Shown here: piece by piece, positions 1 through 13,761 of the stretch | How positions within the stretch are numbered: the stretch's first letter is position 1 | How the letters are laid out: each line of letters opens with the position of its first letter | Origin: Eledone cirrhosa | Lineage: Eukaryota | Assembly (NCBI GenBank): GCA_964016885.1 | Contig: OZ024745.1 | Span: 93,062,001-93,126,000 of the forward strand | Direction of reading: 5' to 3' | Length of the DNA: 64,000 nucleotides | Notes under the pieces: model-generated | What the model saw: the letters and a program-made list of their open reading frames with translations, nothing else | Told to the model about the DNA's origin: nothing | Databases searched by the model: none | Position numbers and translations under genes: made by a program

Positions 1-631
1 CACTGGTTCACCTTGTATTGCCAGTGATAAATGGAAGACAATTAATTGCAGTGGGATTTGAACATAGATTACTGGGAGAAAAAAAGTTATAAAACATTTA
101 GAGCAATACTCTTATTTCTCTTCTAATTTTGCTGTAATGAGTCATTATCAATACTAAATTCAATATCATCATCATTTTAATATCCATTTATTTGCATTGG
201 CATGAGTTAAATGGATCATCTTATAGATGACATATCATGACTCATCTCAATCCTTTGTCTTCTTGATCCATAAGACCAAACATCTTAAGTTCTGACTTGA
301 ACAATTGTCATCACTTATAAACTGTGAGCCATATTAATCAAGTTTCTCTTTATTCCGAGTGGACAAACTTTTGCCTTTTACATATTAATCAAGCTCTACT
401 GTATTCCATTTTGATCTTAACACACATGCATCATACATTTGAAACTAGCTCATCTTTGAGTATCCTTGCCATGTTTGCCACTACCTGAGGAGGAGGAGAA
501 GAATGTGTGGGAATTGTTGCACAGAAACACCTATTTTATAAACAAGAGTAGTCAAATGTTGCCGCCTCTATGTGGTAGTTTGACTTGTTAGAAATAGCAG
601 CCAAATCTCCCTTAAATTACTCCATAGTATC

Positions 632-872
632 TTAACCCTTTCATTAACATATTTCTAATGAAAGGCACTGCCTATAATTTTTAAATCATTTTGAAAATAA
701 TCAAGAATTTGAAAGGATTTACAAATATAACTAACTATCTCATTGATTAAGTTGGTGTTTAGAGCATAATTTAATAAAGGGTTTTACATAAAATTATATT
801 GGAAGGATTTTAGATAAACATAAGCAGCTTTGTATCATAGAATCAGGGGCAGTTTGGAATGAAAAGAGTTAA
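632..872. mobile_element. Older TTAA-flanked MITE, family B (related copies ~7550-7780, ~52990-53225, ~61830-62140)
   Basis: TTAACCCTTTCATT...AATGAAAAGAGTTAA with a shared degenerate interior. Confidence 0.6.
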
Positions 873-2894
873 AAAACAAAGGGACATGTTAGATGATATA
901 GCTTGGAGTATATCAGAATTTTTATAAAAACTGTAAACATAACCATCCCAGTATCTGATGGGAAGTTTCAGACAGACCAAACCATTAGTAATGATTTGGT
1001 GAACATGATGGAACATTACAGCCCGTTAGTCATAGTCAGCAGCTTTGTCATCATCATCATCATCAACATCATCACAATCATCATCGTCACCACCACCACC
1101 ATTGTCATCATCATCATCATGGATCAGATGATTCTAGAAATATTCAGTGTCTGTAAGAATCAATGACATCATTAGTTTTAACTTTCTCAACTCCAATTTC
1201 CAATCATATTGCCATCATTAATCAAATAATTAATAGTCACTTTCTTCCTAATTTCTAATAAGAAATTTCAACTTTTCTTTTCCCTTAACATATTTCTCAT
1301 GAAAGACATGATTTTCAAATAATTTTGAATATAATCAAGAATTTTTCAGTATTAAGCAGTTGTTTGGAACATAACTTCAAATAAAAAATCTTCTTACATA
1401 AGCTTCTTTAGATAAATATAAACAGTTGAAAACAAACAATTTTGTATCTTATAGAACCAGGTATGGTTTCAGGTTGTTTAGTATTAAAAGATTTTCATGT
1501 CAAATTGACATTGACACTTCATATGAAATATTTTGTTCATATAATAGCATTTCAAAAAAAACAAAACAAATGGTTTTACCCTCTGAAGCTGAAGCTGCCA
1601 TTAAATGAAAGGCTGGGAAGAATTCTATTGAAAGACCTAGTCTACAGTAAAATGATAGTGTGAAATTTATTTTATTCTAAAACATTATGTATTTATTTTT
1701 TCTATTCTATTTTATGTTACTAACATTAGTTGCAGACTTCAAAGACAAGTTTTGTTAAATAATTTTTCTCTTCTGTTTTAATTTGGAATTTTATAAAACT
1801 GTATATTATTAAGAAATCAATAATTTTGATGCAAGAAATCAATTGTAAAGTATATATGGATACAATACTGTCGATAAATTTGTGGATATTTGTTATATGA
1901 GTTAATTGTAATAATAATAAATAAATGAATATATAAAACTAAAATACAATATAAAACTGAAAAACAAAACAACAATTTGGTTTTAATTTCAGAATTTAAC
2001 ACCAGAGAAAACTGATACATTTTAGTTTGAAGCATACTCCCTAGTGTATTAAGATTTTTCATTTTGATATAAGCTCCATAAATTGTGGAGATTTTGAAAG
2101 CAATAAATTTTATGCTCTTCACTTCTGAAGTAAAGGCTAAATATCATGTTAGCAATTTTTTTTCCCTCAATCTATAGTTTTATTTATTTATCTTCTGCCC
2201 ACTCCCCCTTCCCATCTCGCACCACCACCACAGCACACCTCTTGTTAATATGGGTTGAGTTGTTCCTCAAATTCAGACATTTTCAGGTTTTGATGGAGTA
2301 AATGTTTTTTTCCTCCTATCTGATGTTTCCTAATGTCAATTCAACCATTAAGTCAATGTAATACTTGTTTCTATTGATGTTATACAAAGACTGAAATAGA
2401 CTATACTGAACATTATAATAATAATGAAATTATTGTGTACAGTGCTCAGGTGCACTACAACTCATCAAAGGTGCATATATAGTACATAGAATAATGTACA
2501 AATGTCAGGAAAGTGAACAGTGTATGAATCATGGTCTACACACAGATAAATGCCTGAGTGTGTATGTAGGGGGAATATCAGGTGTAGTGTTGGCGAATTT
2601 TGGAAGCATGGAAATTTTGAAACAACTGTTATAATTTAGTGAACTTGAATAATGTTCAAGTTAAACAGATATTTTTTTAAAAGTGTTTTAGTCTAAGAGG
2701 CAAAGACAGTTCCTATGTTCCTTTTCAGGACCTCCAAAGTAGACATGAAGAAAGGATGGTTTCTATCAGACCAGATACCTAGCTCAAATGCTTGCATTAG
2801 AGTTGACTCTGTTAAAGGCACTCAGGGGCCAGGTGATGGTGTTAAACTGAGGAAAGAATTAACTCTTTCATTATTATATTTCTAGTGAAGTGCA

Positions 2895-3082
2895 GTGGAT
2901 TGGCAGTATCGGTCGAGGGTCAGACGCCATGCTTTGCAGCATAGAGTTATGGCCCTTTACATCCTGAGTTCAAATCCTGCCGAGGTTAACTTTGCCTTTC
3001 ATTCTTATGGGGTCGATAAAATAAAGCACCAGTAATGCACTGGGATAATTGCTGGCCTTGTGCCAAACGTAGAAACAATTAT
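2895..3082 (+). mobile_element. tRNA-derived SINE with Meta-like central domain (copies ~3945-4120 +, ~4710-4970, ~11685-11872 -, ~12945-13120 +, ~16862-17080 +, ~37735-37890 -, ~52365-52475 -, ~55495-55790 +, ~59010-59195 -)
   Basis: B-box GAGTTCAAATCC followed by GCCTTTCATCCTT..GGGGTCGATAAAATAAAGTACCAG; superfamily name from recall. Confidence 0.8.
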
Positions 3083-5054
3083 TTTATTTCTTGTGAAATC
3101 AACCCACTGTATTTTAACTAATTAATGAAGAATTCGGATGGATTAACTGAAATTATTAATTATTTCATTATTAATATAGTAGGGATCCAGCTGGATCAGT
3201 AGGAGACAATTGCTTCTGGCAGGACCCGCTGGTGGGAATGTTTGAGGACTCTGCCCCCATGACCGTCTCAGGAATAAGTGGGCGCAGAAGAAGATTAATA
3301 TAGTATTTGTAACTTAACAAAAGACTTATTAATATCATGTTATATTGGAAGGTTTTAATTTAAATAGGAACCCTTTAAACTGGGTGGGTTTGTTATCATA
3401 GAACTAGAACCAGTTTTAGCTGATTTGGTATTAAGAGGATTGTGACAACCATCTATTGTAGACTACATACTATCATGCAATGCTGAAAAAAAAAGTTTAA
3501 TGGCTCTATATATTGTATTTATAATAAATAGTGGAGAGAATATAAAAAAGCTAGAAACATTGTTGATTTGTTTTAATATCGCACAATAAACATATATGCC
3601 AGTGTTTAAAAAGATAAATAAAGTTAATAATAAATATAAACAAGATATAATAGCTATGATAGGAACTAATAAATAAAAGTTGTAATATCTGACATTTTAT
3701 CATGGATAGTGGAAGGAGATGTGTTGAATATATATATTAAAGTTGAACATGGTTGTAGAAAATAATGCTATGGTTTAATGATAGTACATTATGTATAATA
3801 TAAACAGTGCAAAATATGAGATGAGTGAATCTCTTGACCTACTAGAAATAGCAGTCAGATCACCCTCAGATCATACCCGACTGCCTTCAAAAAAGGAAGT
3901 ATATATTGGATAAGGTAGTCTTAGATACATTATATCTGGGAAAAGGCGGTGGATTGGCAGTATCGGTAGAGGGTCGGACACCTTGCTTTGACACAAAGAG
4001 TTACGGCCCTTTCCATTCTGAGTTTAAATCCCGCCGAGGTTAACTTTGCCTTTCATCCTTACATAAAGTACCAGTAATACACTGGTGAATTGCTGGCCTT
4101 GTGCCAAAAGCAAAAACAATTATATCTGGGGGAAAAGGGGGATGGTCACAGCTGGGTTATGACTGGTGTGTCATGATTTTAGAGGGGAGGTTGGGGGTGA
4201 TCCTGAATTGAATGTGGATGTTAGGATTTAAGAGGGAGTGGATGAGATTCTGGATTGAGTAGGGGTGGGCAGATCTGACATAAAAAGATAAATAAATAAA
4301 GTGGTAGTGTTGGTTCCATGATAACATGCATCCTGTACAGTATGTAAAATGGTTGGCATTAGGAAGGGCATCTTGCTGTAGAAACTATGCCAACATGAGG
4401 AATGTGTGAACGAGATGTGTTTCTTTGACTGAGACAATGACAATCTGTTCAACCAATGCCACTATAATTAGGTCACCAGATTGTGGATTTAGTGGCAAGA
4501 CAGACCATACAATTAAGTTTATTCCTGATAGCTGAGTGAATCGAATCAATATAGTGTAAAATACTCTTCCTCTGAACAACAAAACACTAGGAATAAATGT
4601 AAATCCAGGCAGTCCAGTACATTACTTAACCATTTAGTTATTCTGACTTGAAGAATGCAGGGAATATATATATATCAGATCTAGAAATATTGTTCATGTT
4701 AGACTGATACCACAAAGTTAACCTGGATGGGATTTGAACTCAGACCCAAAACAGCATAGAGTTACGTCCCTTTACAGTTTGAGTTTAAACCCTGTCGATA
4801 AAATAAAGTACCAGTAATGCACTGGGGTAATTGCTGGCCTTGTGCCAAAAGTAGAAACAATTATTATTGCCGAGGTTAACTTGACCTTTCATCCTAAAGG
4901 GTTGATAAAATAAAGTACCTGTAATGCACTGAGGATAATTGCTGGCCTTGTGCCAAAAGTAGGAACAATTATAATCACAAAGTTTCATCTGTCATTCACT
5001 TAATGATATTGGTAATAGAACTTAGAACTGTTGCTCAAGGAGATATCTTTAGCA

Positions 5055-5200
5055 ATGAGACAGGAGGGAGAAAGAGAGAGGTGGGGGAGAAAGGGAGAGA
5101 GACATGTAGGGGAGAAAGGGTGAGAGAGAGAGAGGGGGGTAGGGGAGAAGGGAAGAGAGGGATGGAGGAGAAAGGGTGAGAGAGAAAGGGGGATAGAGAT
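5055..5200. repeat. Purine-rich (GA) low-complexity tract (similar tracts 55093-55200 and 11925-12020)
   Basis: Almost exclusively G/A on one strand. Confidence 0.85.
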
Positions 5201-6640
5201 AAGATTATAGTAGATATGGTTGAAGGAAATCATGTAAAAAGAATAAATAGAATAAAGAAAGAGCCACCTTTGATGCTACCTTTGAAAAGTTCCACTTCAT
5301 GTATCCTCTCTATAGAATCAAAGTTGTCAAAGATTTCAACACCTACATTTTCTCTTGGTTTACTTGCTTCACCCACATTAACAAACTCAGAGCAGAAATC
5401 TAAAATATTCAACACATTAACACGAAACTCATTAACTCTCTTGCTAATTTACTTAATGTCTCTAATGATATTTGGTTTATTCCTCAACTTCAAATTAAAC
5501 ATTTATATCCTTGTGATATTTTAACCTTAAGATCCTTTATAGATGTGTTATCATTACATCTTGTCCCACAATATTCCGACAACCAAATCTTCATTATCCT
5601 GTCTGCTACTTTAACTAATATATTTCATTAGACTTTTACCAATACCATACTAAATATATTTAATATTGAATGAATTTTACTTCATATTTGCTTCCCGATT
5701 TTACCACCATATACTTGGAACAAATTACATGTGTCAGTTGTTAGCTGCCAAGACACTGCATCCTTTAAAACCTTCATGCTTCCTGAAATTCGCCAACACT
5801 ACATCTGATATCCTCCCTCCATACACATGCACACATGTATATCATGACTCATACACTGTTTACTTTCCTGACATTTGTGCATTATTCTATGTACTATACA
5901 TGCACCTTTGATGAGTTGTAGTGCACCTGAACACTGTACACAATAATTTCATTATTATTATTATATTATATAGATGCTATGCGGAAGAGGACCAGTCCCA
6001 CCCTTGCAAGCAAGGAAAAGTGGACATAAAATGATGATGATGATACTTCAAATATCACATATCAGCATTCCTTTTTTAGTTTATTCTCCTCGACACCATA
6101 CGTCCATAATTAGTGTGACCAAACAAACTCTTATGTCACTAAAAATCAGATCTCATGATAATATAATTCCTGAAATATTGTTGATATCCTCTGTGGCTGA
6201 AGAATGAACTGAAGGTAGAGAGTACCTTTTGGTCTTATCATGGACTTGATAACATCTCTACTGCTAGTGTTACAATAAAATGTATCCAGTATAGGGATTG
6301 TAGAAACCCTGCCAAAATAAGGAACATATGAGCAAGATGTGGTTACCTGACCCATCTAGTCTCAGGCCGTGACAACCTATCCAACCCATGCTAAAATGGA
6401 AAAACAGGCATAAAATGATGGGGATTGTCTCATAGTTGGTTTTAAAAACATGTAAAAGTTGGAGACTTGGTATTCCAAATACAACCAAATTTATCAAGAT
6501 TTATTAGAAAAAGGTTTTGTAAAGATAGTAGCAGTGCTGTGGATAGCAGTGATGTTGATGTTGACATCCACTGTTTAAACAAAGAGTTCTTAGCTTCTTC
6601 ATTGCAACTTACATGTACTGATTGATGATATATATTATGT

Positions 6641-6820
6641 CAGGCATATCAAACATGTGGCCCGCACAAAGATTTTTACAGCACGGGCAAGTTTTATCTT
6701 CGCATTATAAAATAAAATAAAAATTAGTTGTAATGTGTGCAATTAGTTGTCCTGTGTGACCCTCAGACAACAATATGTGACCCATGTGACCCTCGGGGGA
6801 CCCTCAGTTTGACATGCCTG
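6641..6820. mobile_element. hAT (Charlie-like) MITE
   Basis: TIR CAGGCATATCAAAC / GTTTGACATGCCTG; perfect 8-bp TSD TATTATGT. Confidence 0.9.
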
Positions 6821-7279
6821 TATTATGTTATATATGTATTTATGGACCTCTAAATCCTGATGGAATTGTAGGTGCACTATAGTGATATATGAGATTTCTT
6901 GGGTACTTTAAACCTAGAAGAGCTCATTACTCGATAGATCTGAATACAACCAATTTCTTCCAGAAAAAGAGAGAGGAAGAATTGACCCAATACTTTTTTT
7001 TATCAACCTAGAAAAGAGGAAAAGTTGACCTTGGGATTCAAACCCAGAAAGCTGGAATGAATACCACAGTATTCTATTCGATGTTCCTATGACTATGCCA
7101 ATGTGTCACCTTATATTGTGCTAAAATGGACAATATTTAATACATGAAGGAAGGGTGCTTTGTAAAACAAGATATATTTATTTTATAAATATGATTTTGT
7201 TCACTTTACATTTACAGATTTTAAAAGGTTTTACTGTTTTTTTAAACTAATTCATTAATTCCTAAATAAATATTTTCAG

Positions 7280-7425
7280 GTCTGAAAAACTCATTGAATT
7301 CTTTCATTTGTGAAGAAACAAAGAATTTATATGACTTGGATGGTGAAGCAGCTATTGATCGAGTAAAATCTGGAGACGTGTCAGTTGATGACTTGGTCAA
7401 AAAATGGACAAACGCATTCACTCAG
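7280..7425 (+). CDS. FERRY3: FERRY3/C12orf4 orthologue, first coding exon seen in window (N-terminal exon not found)
   Basis: tttcAG|...|GTaaaa; translates LKNSLNSFICEETKNLYDLDGEAAIDRVKSGDVSVDDLVKKWTNAFTQ, which resembles recalled human C12orf4 LKEALTQFIEEES..YDRDAEASLAAVKSGEVDL. Confidence 0.9.
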
Positions 7426-8000
7426 GTAAAATTTATTACAAAAAAAAGAAAAAACACTAAATAATGTGATAAATTTTCTAGAATTCCTTTAATTTGTTTT
7501 TGTAGTTCAATAATTTAATTATTGTTATGATGACATTAAATAATTGGGTTTAATCATTTTGTTACCAGCCCAGCCAAAACCTGCTCTGATCCTATGAAAT
7601 GAAAACCATCCATTTTAATGGTTTCCAGTTTAAATTAAAATCTTCCACATAATTTTATATAAGAACCTTACATTAAGATACTATCTTTGTAATGAAATAA
7701 TTATAGTAAATCCTTCAAAATTATTCACTAATTAATTAAAATAGAGTGTATTTCATTAGAAATACAGTCATGAAAGGATTAAACACTCAGAGCTAAGCTT
7801 AAAAATACTCACTTCTCAAGTTTCTCTTAAATACTTTATCATCATCATCATCATCATCATCATCATCGTCATCACCACCACCACCACCATCATCATCAAT
7901 ATTATTATTAGAGCAAAAAAACTTGAATGTAATAAAGTGTTTAATATTTTGGTCTCGTAATTTAAAAACCTTAAATTTACAATTTAATTTATAATTCCAG

Positions 8001-8182
8001 GAAGTAAAAGAATTTGCTAAACCAGAAGAAGTTACAAATGAACAGGTTTTCTCTGAAGTTTATCACACATTGATCCATTCTCCTGCGTTAGAGACACTCT
8101 TAAATTTGGAACATTCTTATGCTATGGATATTGAAAATATAACTCAAAATCGAGATGAAGATATCACTCATTTAGAGAACAA
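8001..8182 (+). CDS. FERRY3: FERRY3 coding exon
   Basis: ttccAG|...|GTattt; EVKEFAKPEE...[21 protein letters not shown] (human [21 protein letters not shown]); phases join. Confidence 0.95.
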
Positions 8183-8267
8183 GTATTTATATTTATGTTT
8201 ATTTGCTTTTTGTATTTATAACAACAAAAATAACACCACACCACACCATTTGTGTAAAGAATAGAAC

Positions 8268-8735
8268 TATCATCATCATCATCATTTTACGTCCACTTTT
8301 CCCTCCTTGCAAGCGTGGGACGGGTCTTATTCAGCACAGCATCTCTCCACTTGTCACGGTCCTTCGTCATCTCCGCCGTGAGATTCAGCGATCTGAGGTC
8401 TGTTCTCACCACCTCCACCCATGTTTTTCGTGGTCTACCTCTACCACGTCTTCCTTCAACTGGTATTTCCTGGCACTTCTTCACCCATCGGTCATCCTCC
8501 ATGCGCATCACATGTCCATACCACCACAGTCTCCTCGCTCACACACTACATTCTATCCCTCTTAGACACAGTTTCTCTCTCAACACAGCCATTCTGACAT
8601 TACACATTCAACGGAGCATGCTTGCCTCATTTCTCTCCAGCCATCGTATATCCTCTGCAGTTGCTGCCCAAGTCTCACTACCATGCAGCATCGCGCTCCT
8701 CACACAGGCATCATATAACCGGCCTTTCGTATGTG
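8268..8735 (-). mobile_element. RTE LINE 3' fragment
   Basis: MRMEDDRWVKKC...GRRGRGRPRKTW; (GAT)n tail. Confidence 0.9.
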
Positions 8736-8813
8736 TAAAAGTTTTACATCTAATAATGTAAATAGTTGTTGTTGTTGTTAGTGTTTGTTTAATCCCAAGT
8801 CAGCTTTGATTAA

Positions 8814-9030
8814 CCCTTTAACATTGCCATTACTCTATATATAATATTGTGTTTTCATGGTGAAGGCTTTACCTCACATAATATCTCACATAATATCAAA
8901 TCTATGATATTTTGATATTTATTTTGAGAAAAACACCTTAACATTGGTATGTGCAGCCGGTTATGGCTGGTTTGAACAGAGAGAGGTGAGAGAATTCTGG
9001 CCGGATATGGCTAGTTTAAATACCAGAGGG
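8814..9030. mobile_element. piggyBac-type MITE, family A (other copies 25045-25242, 29653-29865, 40532-40739, 44808-45008, 45884-46048, 46822-47008, 54045-54251, 62430-62609; partial ~10048-10135)
   Basis: About 200-bp units with TTAA flanks, consensus CCCTTTAGCATT terminal inverted repeats and a shared interior. Confidence 0.88.
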
Positions 9031-9253
9031 TTAAGCAAACTTATGATCAATACGTCCTATTTTTAAGAAGGTGAGGAGGATTGATATGAGAGAGATTTGG
9101 CGGTAGAATTCAAATGGATTGAGTGAGAACATAGAAGCATCTTATTTATATATTTATTGAACAACAAAGCTATAATAATTCTGTTATGCTACTGTGGATA
9201 AGATGGTAATTTATTAGAAACTTTAGGTATTTATATAGATATTATTTGAGCTA

Positions 9254-9291
<38 letters not shown>

Positions 9292-9293
<2 letters not shown>

Positions 9294-9572
9294 TAAGGTG
9301 GGTAAAATTCCAGGGATCCATGGATGAGTTCTCTCCAGCGGTCTCTGTCCTTCATCATTGCTGCTATGCCCTTCATCACCCAGAGACCAGGGTCTGTCCT
9401 TAGGGCAGCAACATATGTCATCCTCGGTCTCCTGCTTCCAGTGTGTCGATGTAGGGGGGTCCCACAGGAACACTAAGTGCAGTGTCAACTCTGAATGTTG
9501 GTGAGCATGTTCAGCTAACCTCAGTCTCCTCTGTGTCACTTTTGGAAGGCACCCATACAGCTCTGAGTTCTC
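9292..9572 (-). mobile_element. RTE-like LINE 3' fragment between TA tracts
   Basis: LYGCLPKVTQRRLRLAEHAHQH...FLWDP, a typical RTE C-terminus. Confidence 0.65.
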
Positions 9573-10249
9573 ATATATATATATATATATATATATATTC
9601 ATTTATATTAAGGCTAAAAAGTGAGTCCTGTTACTCTGGAGTTTCGCCTGTTTACCACTGTGTCTCCAGATAAACAGGCAAAACTCCAGAGTAACAAGAC
9701 TCACTTTTTAGCCTTAATATAAATGAATATTAAAACTCTACTTCAGTATTGAGTACTTCTTTCTCTCAGCCGTCAACAACATATGGATATGTATATATAT
9801 ATATACCCACTTCCAGGCGTTTTTCCTATAATGTGAGCTGAGAATAATACCTATTTTTGAAAAGGATAAGCTAAAATAAATAAAACAATGTATATAGCTC
9901 AAAGATATAATCCATGGCATGGTTTAAAGGTTTGAACTGGGATTTTATGTAGCTGGTATTACATCATTTAACCACACAATTCACTTTTAAATGTGAGGAG
10001 TATTTTAGCCATTTTGATTCTAAACTGCCTCTAGTTTTATGATATTAACCTTTTAGCATTTACATTACCCTATATTTACTATTATATTTTCATGGTAAAG
10101 GCTTCACCTCACATAATATCGAATCTATGAGATTTTGTGTCTGTGTGTGTATATTTATTTACATGTGTGAGCAAGGAAAGAAACGGAAGCTAGAAAAAGG
10201 AAGCTAATGGGATTATGATTTTCTACACTTATATTTCATTTAGTAAATA

Positions 10250-11092
10250 CTAGCAGAATGGCCCAGCATTGCTCGGGCTTCTAAACATAGATTGGCATGT
10301 TTATCCTTCCTTTCTGAAACAGTACAGGGAAGTACGGAATACCTCGGCCTGGGGATTGTGTCTACATTTTGTGCTTATAAAAAAAATTTGTCGTAGATTA
10401 CCAGGGGTTTAACTTAATTGGGTGCCTGAGAGTAAAATGTTCAACCCACGAAAGCCAAGACAATAGGGTTAAGTAAGAAGGCATTCTACAAACTGTACAT
10501 GTATTTGTTGTGCTATCGTACAATGGAAGCAATAGTTACAGAGCAGTAAGCATGTGGGACTGCAGTGGTGGAGAGCATGAAGGAATTTAGTTGGATACTT
10601 TTAAGGTTACAGGCCCTAATGCAACCAAAATACTAAACAATGCGGTCCCCGGACAAAAATTTGACATCTTTTTCAGTCAAGAAAATTTGTGAAACATAAG
10701 TAATGCATATGCAAATTTTAAAAAAATCGGTTGGGTACTTCTCGGGTTACAAGCCCTAACGCAACCAAAATGCTTTTTTGCCTAATGTGGTCCCTGGGGC
10801 AAAAAATAGAAAATCTTTTTTGCTCAAGACACTTTAAACGACATAAGTAATGCAAATTTTGAAGAAATTGCCTGGATTATTGTTCCGTTATGCCTCAAAA
10901 AAGCCTTTAAAGCCTAAAATATGCGGTTTTTCGCTTAATGCGATTCCTAGGGTATTGAAAACTGGAAATATTTTTTGCTCAAAACACTCACACGACTATA
11001 AGTATTATGTGTGTAAAGTTTGAAAAATATCGGTTGGGTGGTTCTCGAGTTTTAGGGAGTCAGACAGACATACTCTGTTTTAGATATATAGA
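10250..11092 (-). mobile_element. Non-autonomous Helitron
   Basis: Minus strand starts A|TCTATATATC and ends with hairpin GCCCGAGCAATGCTGGGC, then CTAG|T; internal degenerate tandem units. Confidence 0.8.
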
Positions 11093-12483
11093 TTATTTAA
11101 ACTATCTGTGGATAACTGATTAAGCAGTGTCAGACAAAATGTCTTGTGACATTAAGTTGTGTCCCTTTATATTCTAATTATTTATTCTGCTGTGGTTGAC
11201 TAAAAGATAAATACAAGGTAAATACTGGTGTAAAATCAAGTTAATTTCTCCATCCTGGACTTTGTGTCCTTGTACCGAAGTTAAAGATAATTATTATGAG
11301 TTACTGCACTTTGAGTATTAAGTCTTATTACTTGTCCATTTTGTAGACAATGAAGACTGCAGACTATCAGATAAATTTCGTTAGCTAAGGGACATAATCA
11401 ATCTCAGTAGTAGTGTTATAATATATAATACTAGAATTTTTTTCAATGTGTGTATATATGTTTGTGTGCATATACATACATTTATATGTATGAGAATATA
11501 AATATAAACGCGCAAACACAGACATCATCGTCATCATTATCATCACCGTTTTACATCCATTCTTCCATGCTAGCATGGGTTAGATGGGTTGTCTTGTTGT
11601 GGGCAATGCCAGGTTAGGTGACCATGTCTTGCTCATACAGAACTGATTTTGGCTTGATATAATAGACCAACAGGTAAATTAATAATGGTTTCTAATTTTG
11701 GCACAAGGCCAGCAATTACCCTCAGTGCATTACTGGTGCTTTATTTTATCGACCCCATAAGGATGAAAGGCAAAGTTAAACTCGGCAGGATTTGAACTCA
11801 GAACGTAAAGGGCCATAACTCTATGCCGCAAAGCATGGTATCTGACACTCTCCTGATACAGCCAATCCACTGGTAAATTAATAAACAACAATCACTGAGT
11901 ATACAAATGACTTTTTATTGCTTTCACTCTCTCTCTTCTCGTTCTCAGCCTCTCTTTTCCTCACTTTGCCCCCCTCCCCCCTCTCTCTAGCTTGCTATCA
12001 TCTCTCCTTCCCTCTTCTACTCTATGAATCTCTATACAAAGTTCTCTTTTCGATCTCTTGCTTTCAAAATACTCCCTGCCAGATGTAAACAAAAATTTGA
12101 GAAACTTGTTGAAATTTTATAAACTGGATAATAAATGGTAAAAAAATTATGTAATGGGAATTGGGGAAACAAAAACTATACTCTAAACGACATTTTAAAC
12201 ATCAAAATATTAAAATTTCATAAATATATTTTATACTCATGAGAATTTCAAAGCCATGTCATCTAAACATAATGTGTTCATTAGCTTCTTTGGTTTATGA
12301 GTAGGGTTTGGATTTTTGCCCATTTCTCAGACATGAATTAATGAGGTACAGATTATTATTATTATTATCATTGTTAAATTAGTCTTGCCATTGTGCACTT
12401 TTACTCGACCTTATTGTAAACCCCCACTGTCCCTGTCTTTGTATTGTCCCCTACATGTCGGCCCTTGTGGTTAATAAATGAAA

Positions 12484-12514
<31 letters not shown>

Positions 12515-12766
12515 GAAATTATTGTGTACAGTGCTCAGGTGCACTACAACTCATCAAAGGTGCATGTATAGTACATAGAATAATGTACAAATGTCAGGAA
12601 AGTGAAAAGTGTATGATATGGTACTTTTCTATAAACATAGAACCATCTTTTCTTTTTAAATCTTTTGTTTTAGTTTTGTTAATTTCATTAATTTTCTGTT
12701 TTAATTGTTTAATTTTGTTAAATTTATTCTGTTTTATATGATGTTTTTGGTATTGCTGTCTTATAG

Positions 12767-12866
12767 ACAACAGAAAGAAATGGAAGATGCTCTTCAGAAA
12801 GCAGGAACATTATACTCTGATGAACAAATAAACCAAATTGCACAGCATCATTTTGAACAAACACAG
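12767..12866 (+). CDS. FERRY3: FERRY3 coding exon
   Basis: ttatAG|...|GTctga; QQKEMEDALQKAGTLYSDEQINQIAQHHFEQTQ. Confidence 0.9.
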
Positions 12867-13761
12867 GTCTGAGTTTATGGTATTTTATTTTTTTATTATT
12901 ATGTTTATTATTAAATCATAAAACCTGCATATTACTATTATTAGTCAGCAACTGTAGAGCGTTGGACACTGTGCTTTGCAGCACAGTTATGGCCCTTTAT
13001 GTTCTGAGTTCAAATCCCGCCGAAGTTAACTTTGCCTTTCATCCTTACGAGATCGATAAAATAAAGCACCAGTAATTCACTGGGGTAATTGCTGGTCTTG
13101 TGCCAAAAGTAGAAACAATTATTATTATTATTGACACCAACCGTGTCTTGTTGCTTCTATGGTTATAGTGTATCTATTCTAAAACTGTTGTGTCCTTGAG
13201 CAAGACACTTTATTTCACATTGATCCAGTTCACTTAGTTGTATCGGCCTTTCCCATTTATGGCATTGAGTGAGGAGACAGGTATGCTGATCTTCCATAAA
13301 AACACCTGGGATTGTGCCCGAGAGGGGGACTTTCTTGGTGTGAATCCCATAATCATTCATGACTGAAAGGGGTCTTTACCTTATTCTAAAACTCAGGGTA
13401 CACTCAGAAAAAAAAAATATATATATATGTATAGATATATAAAGGGTAAAGGGTAAAGACTTCCTTCAGTCACAAATGACCCTGGGATTTGTACCTAGAA
13501 AGTTCCCCTCCGAGGCATAAGTCAGGGAAAAGTTGTTTGTGGAACGCCAACAGTTGCCCATGTATGCTAGTCTCTCCTTCTCCATGCCACCAATGTTGTC
13601 CGAGGGAAAGGTAACGGCCAATACAGCTTGGAACCAGTGACATCAGAACTCATTTCTACAGCTGAGTAAACTGGAGCAATGTAAATCGAACTCACAACCT
13701 CCCAATTGCAAGCCCAACGCTCTAACCAATAAGCTATGCTACTCTATATATATATATATAT

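Noticed and set aside
1442-1663. ORF with LKLKLPLNERLGRILL as a possible FERRY3 first exon
   Set aside because: Only superficial similarity; it lacks the HxLPC motif, has no ATG-to-donor structure I could support, and overlaps an old MITE-like region.
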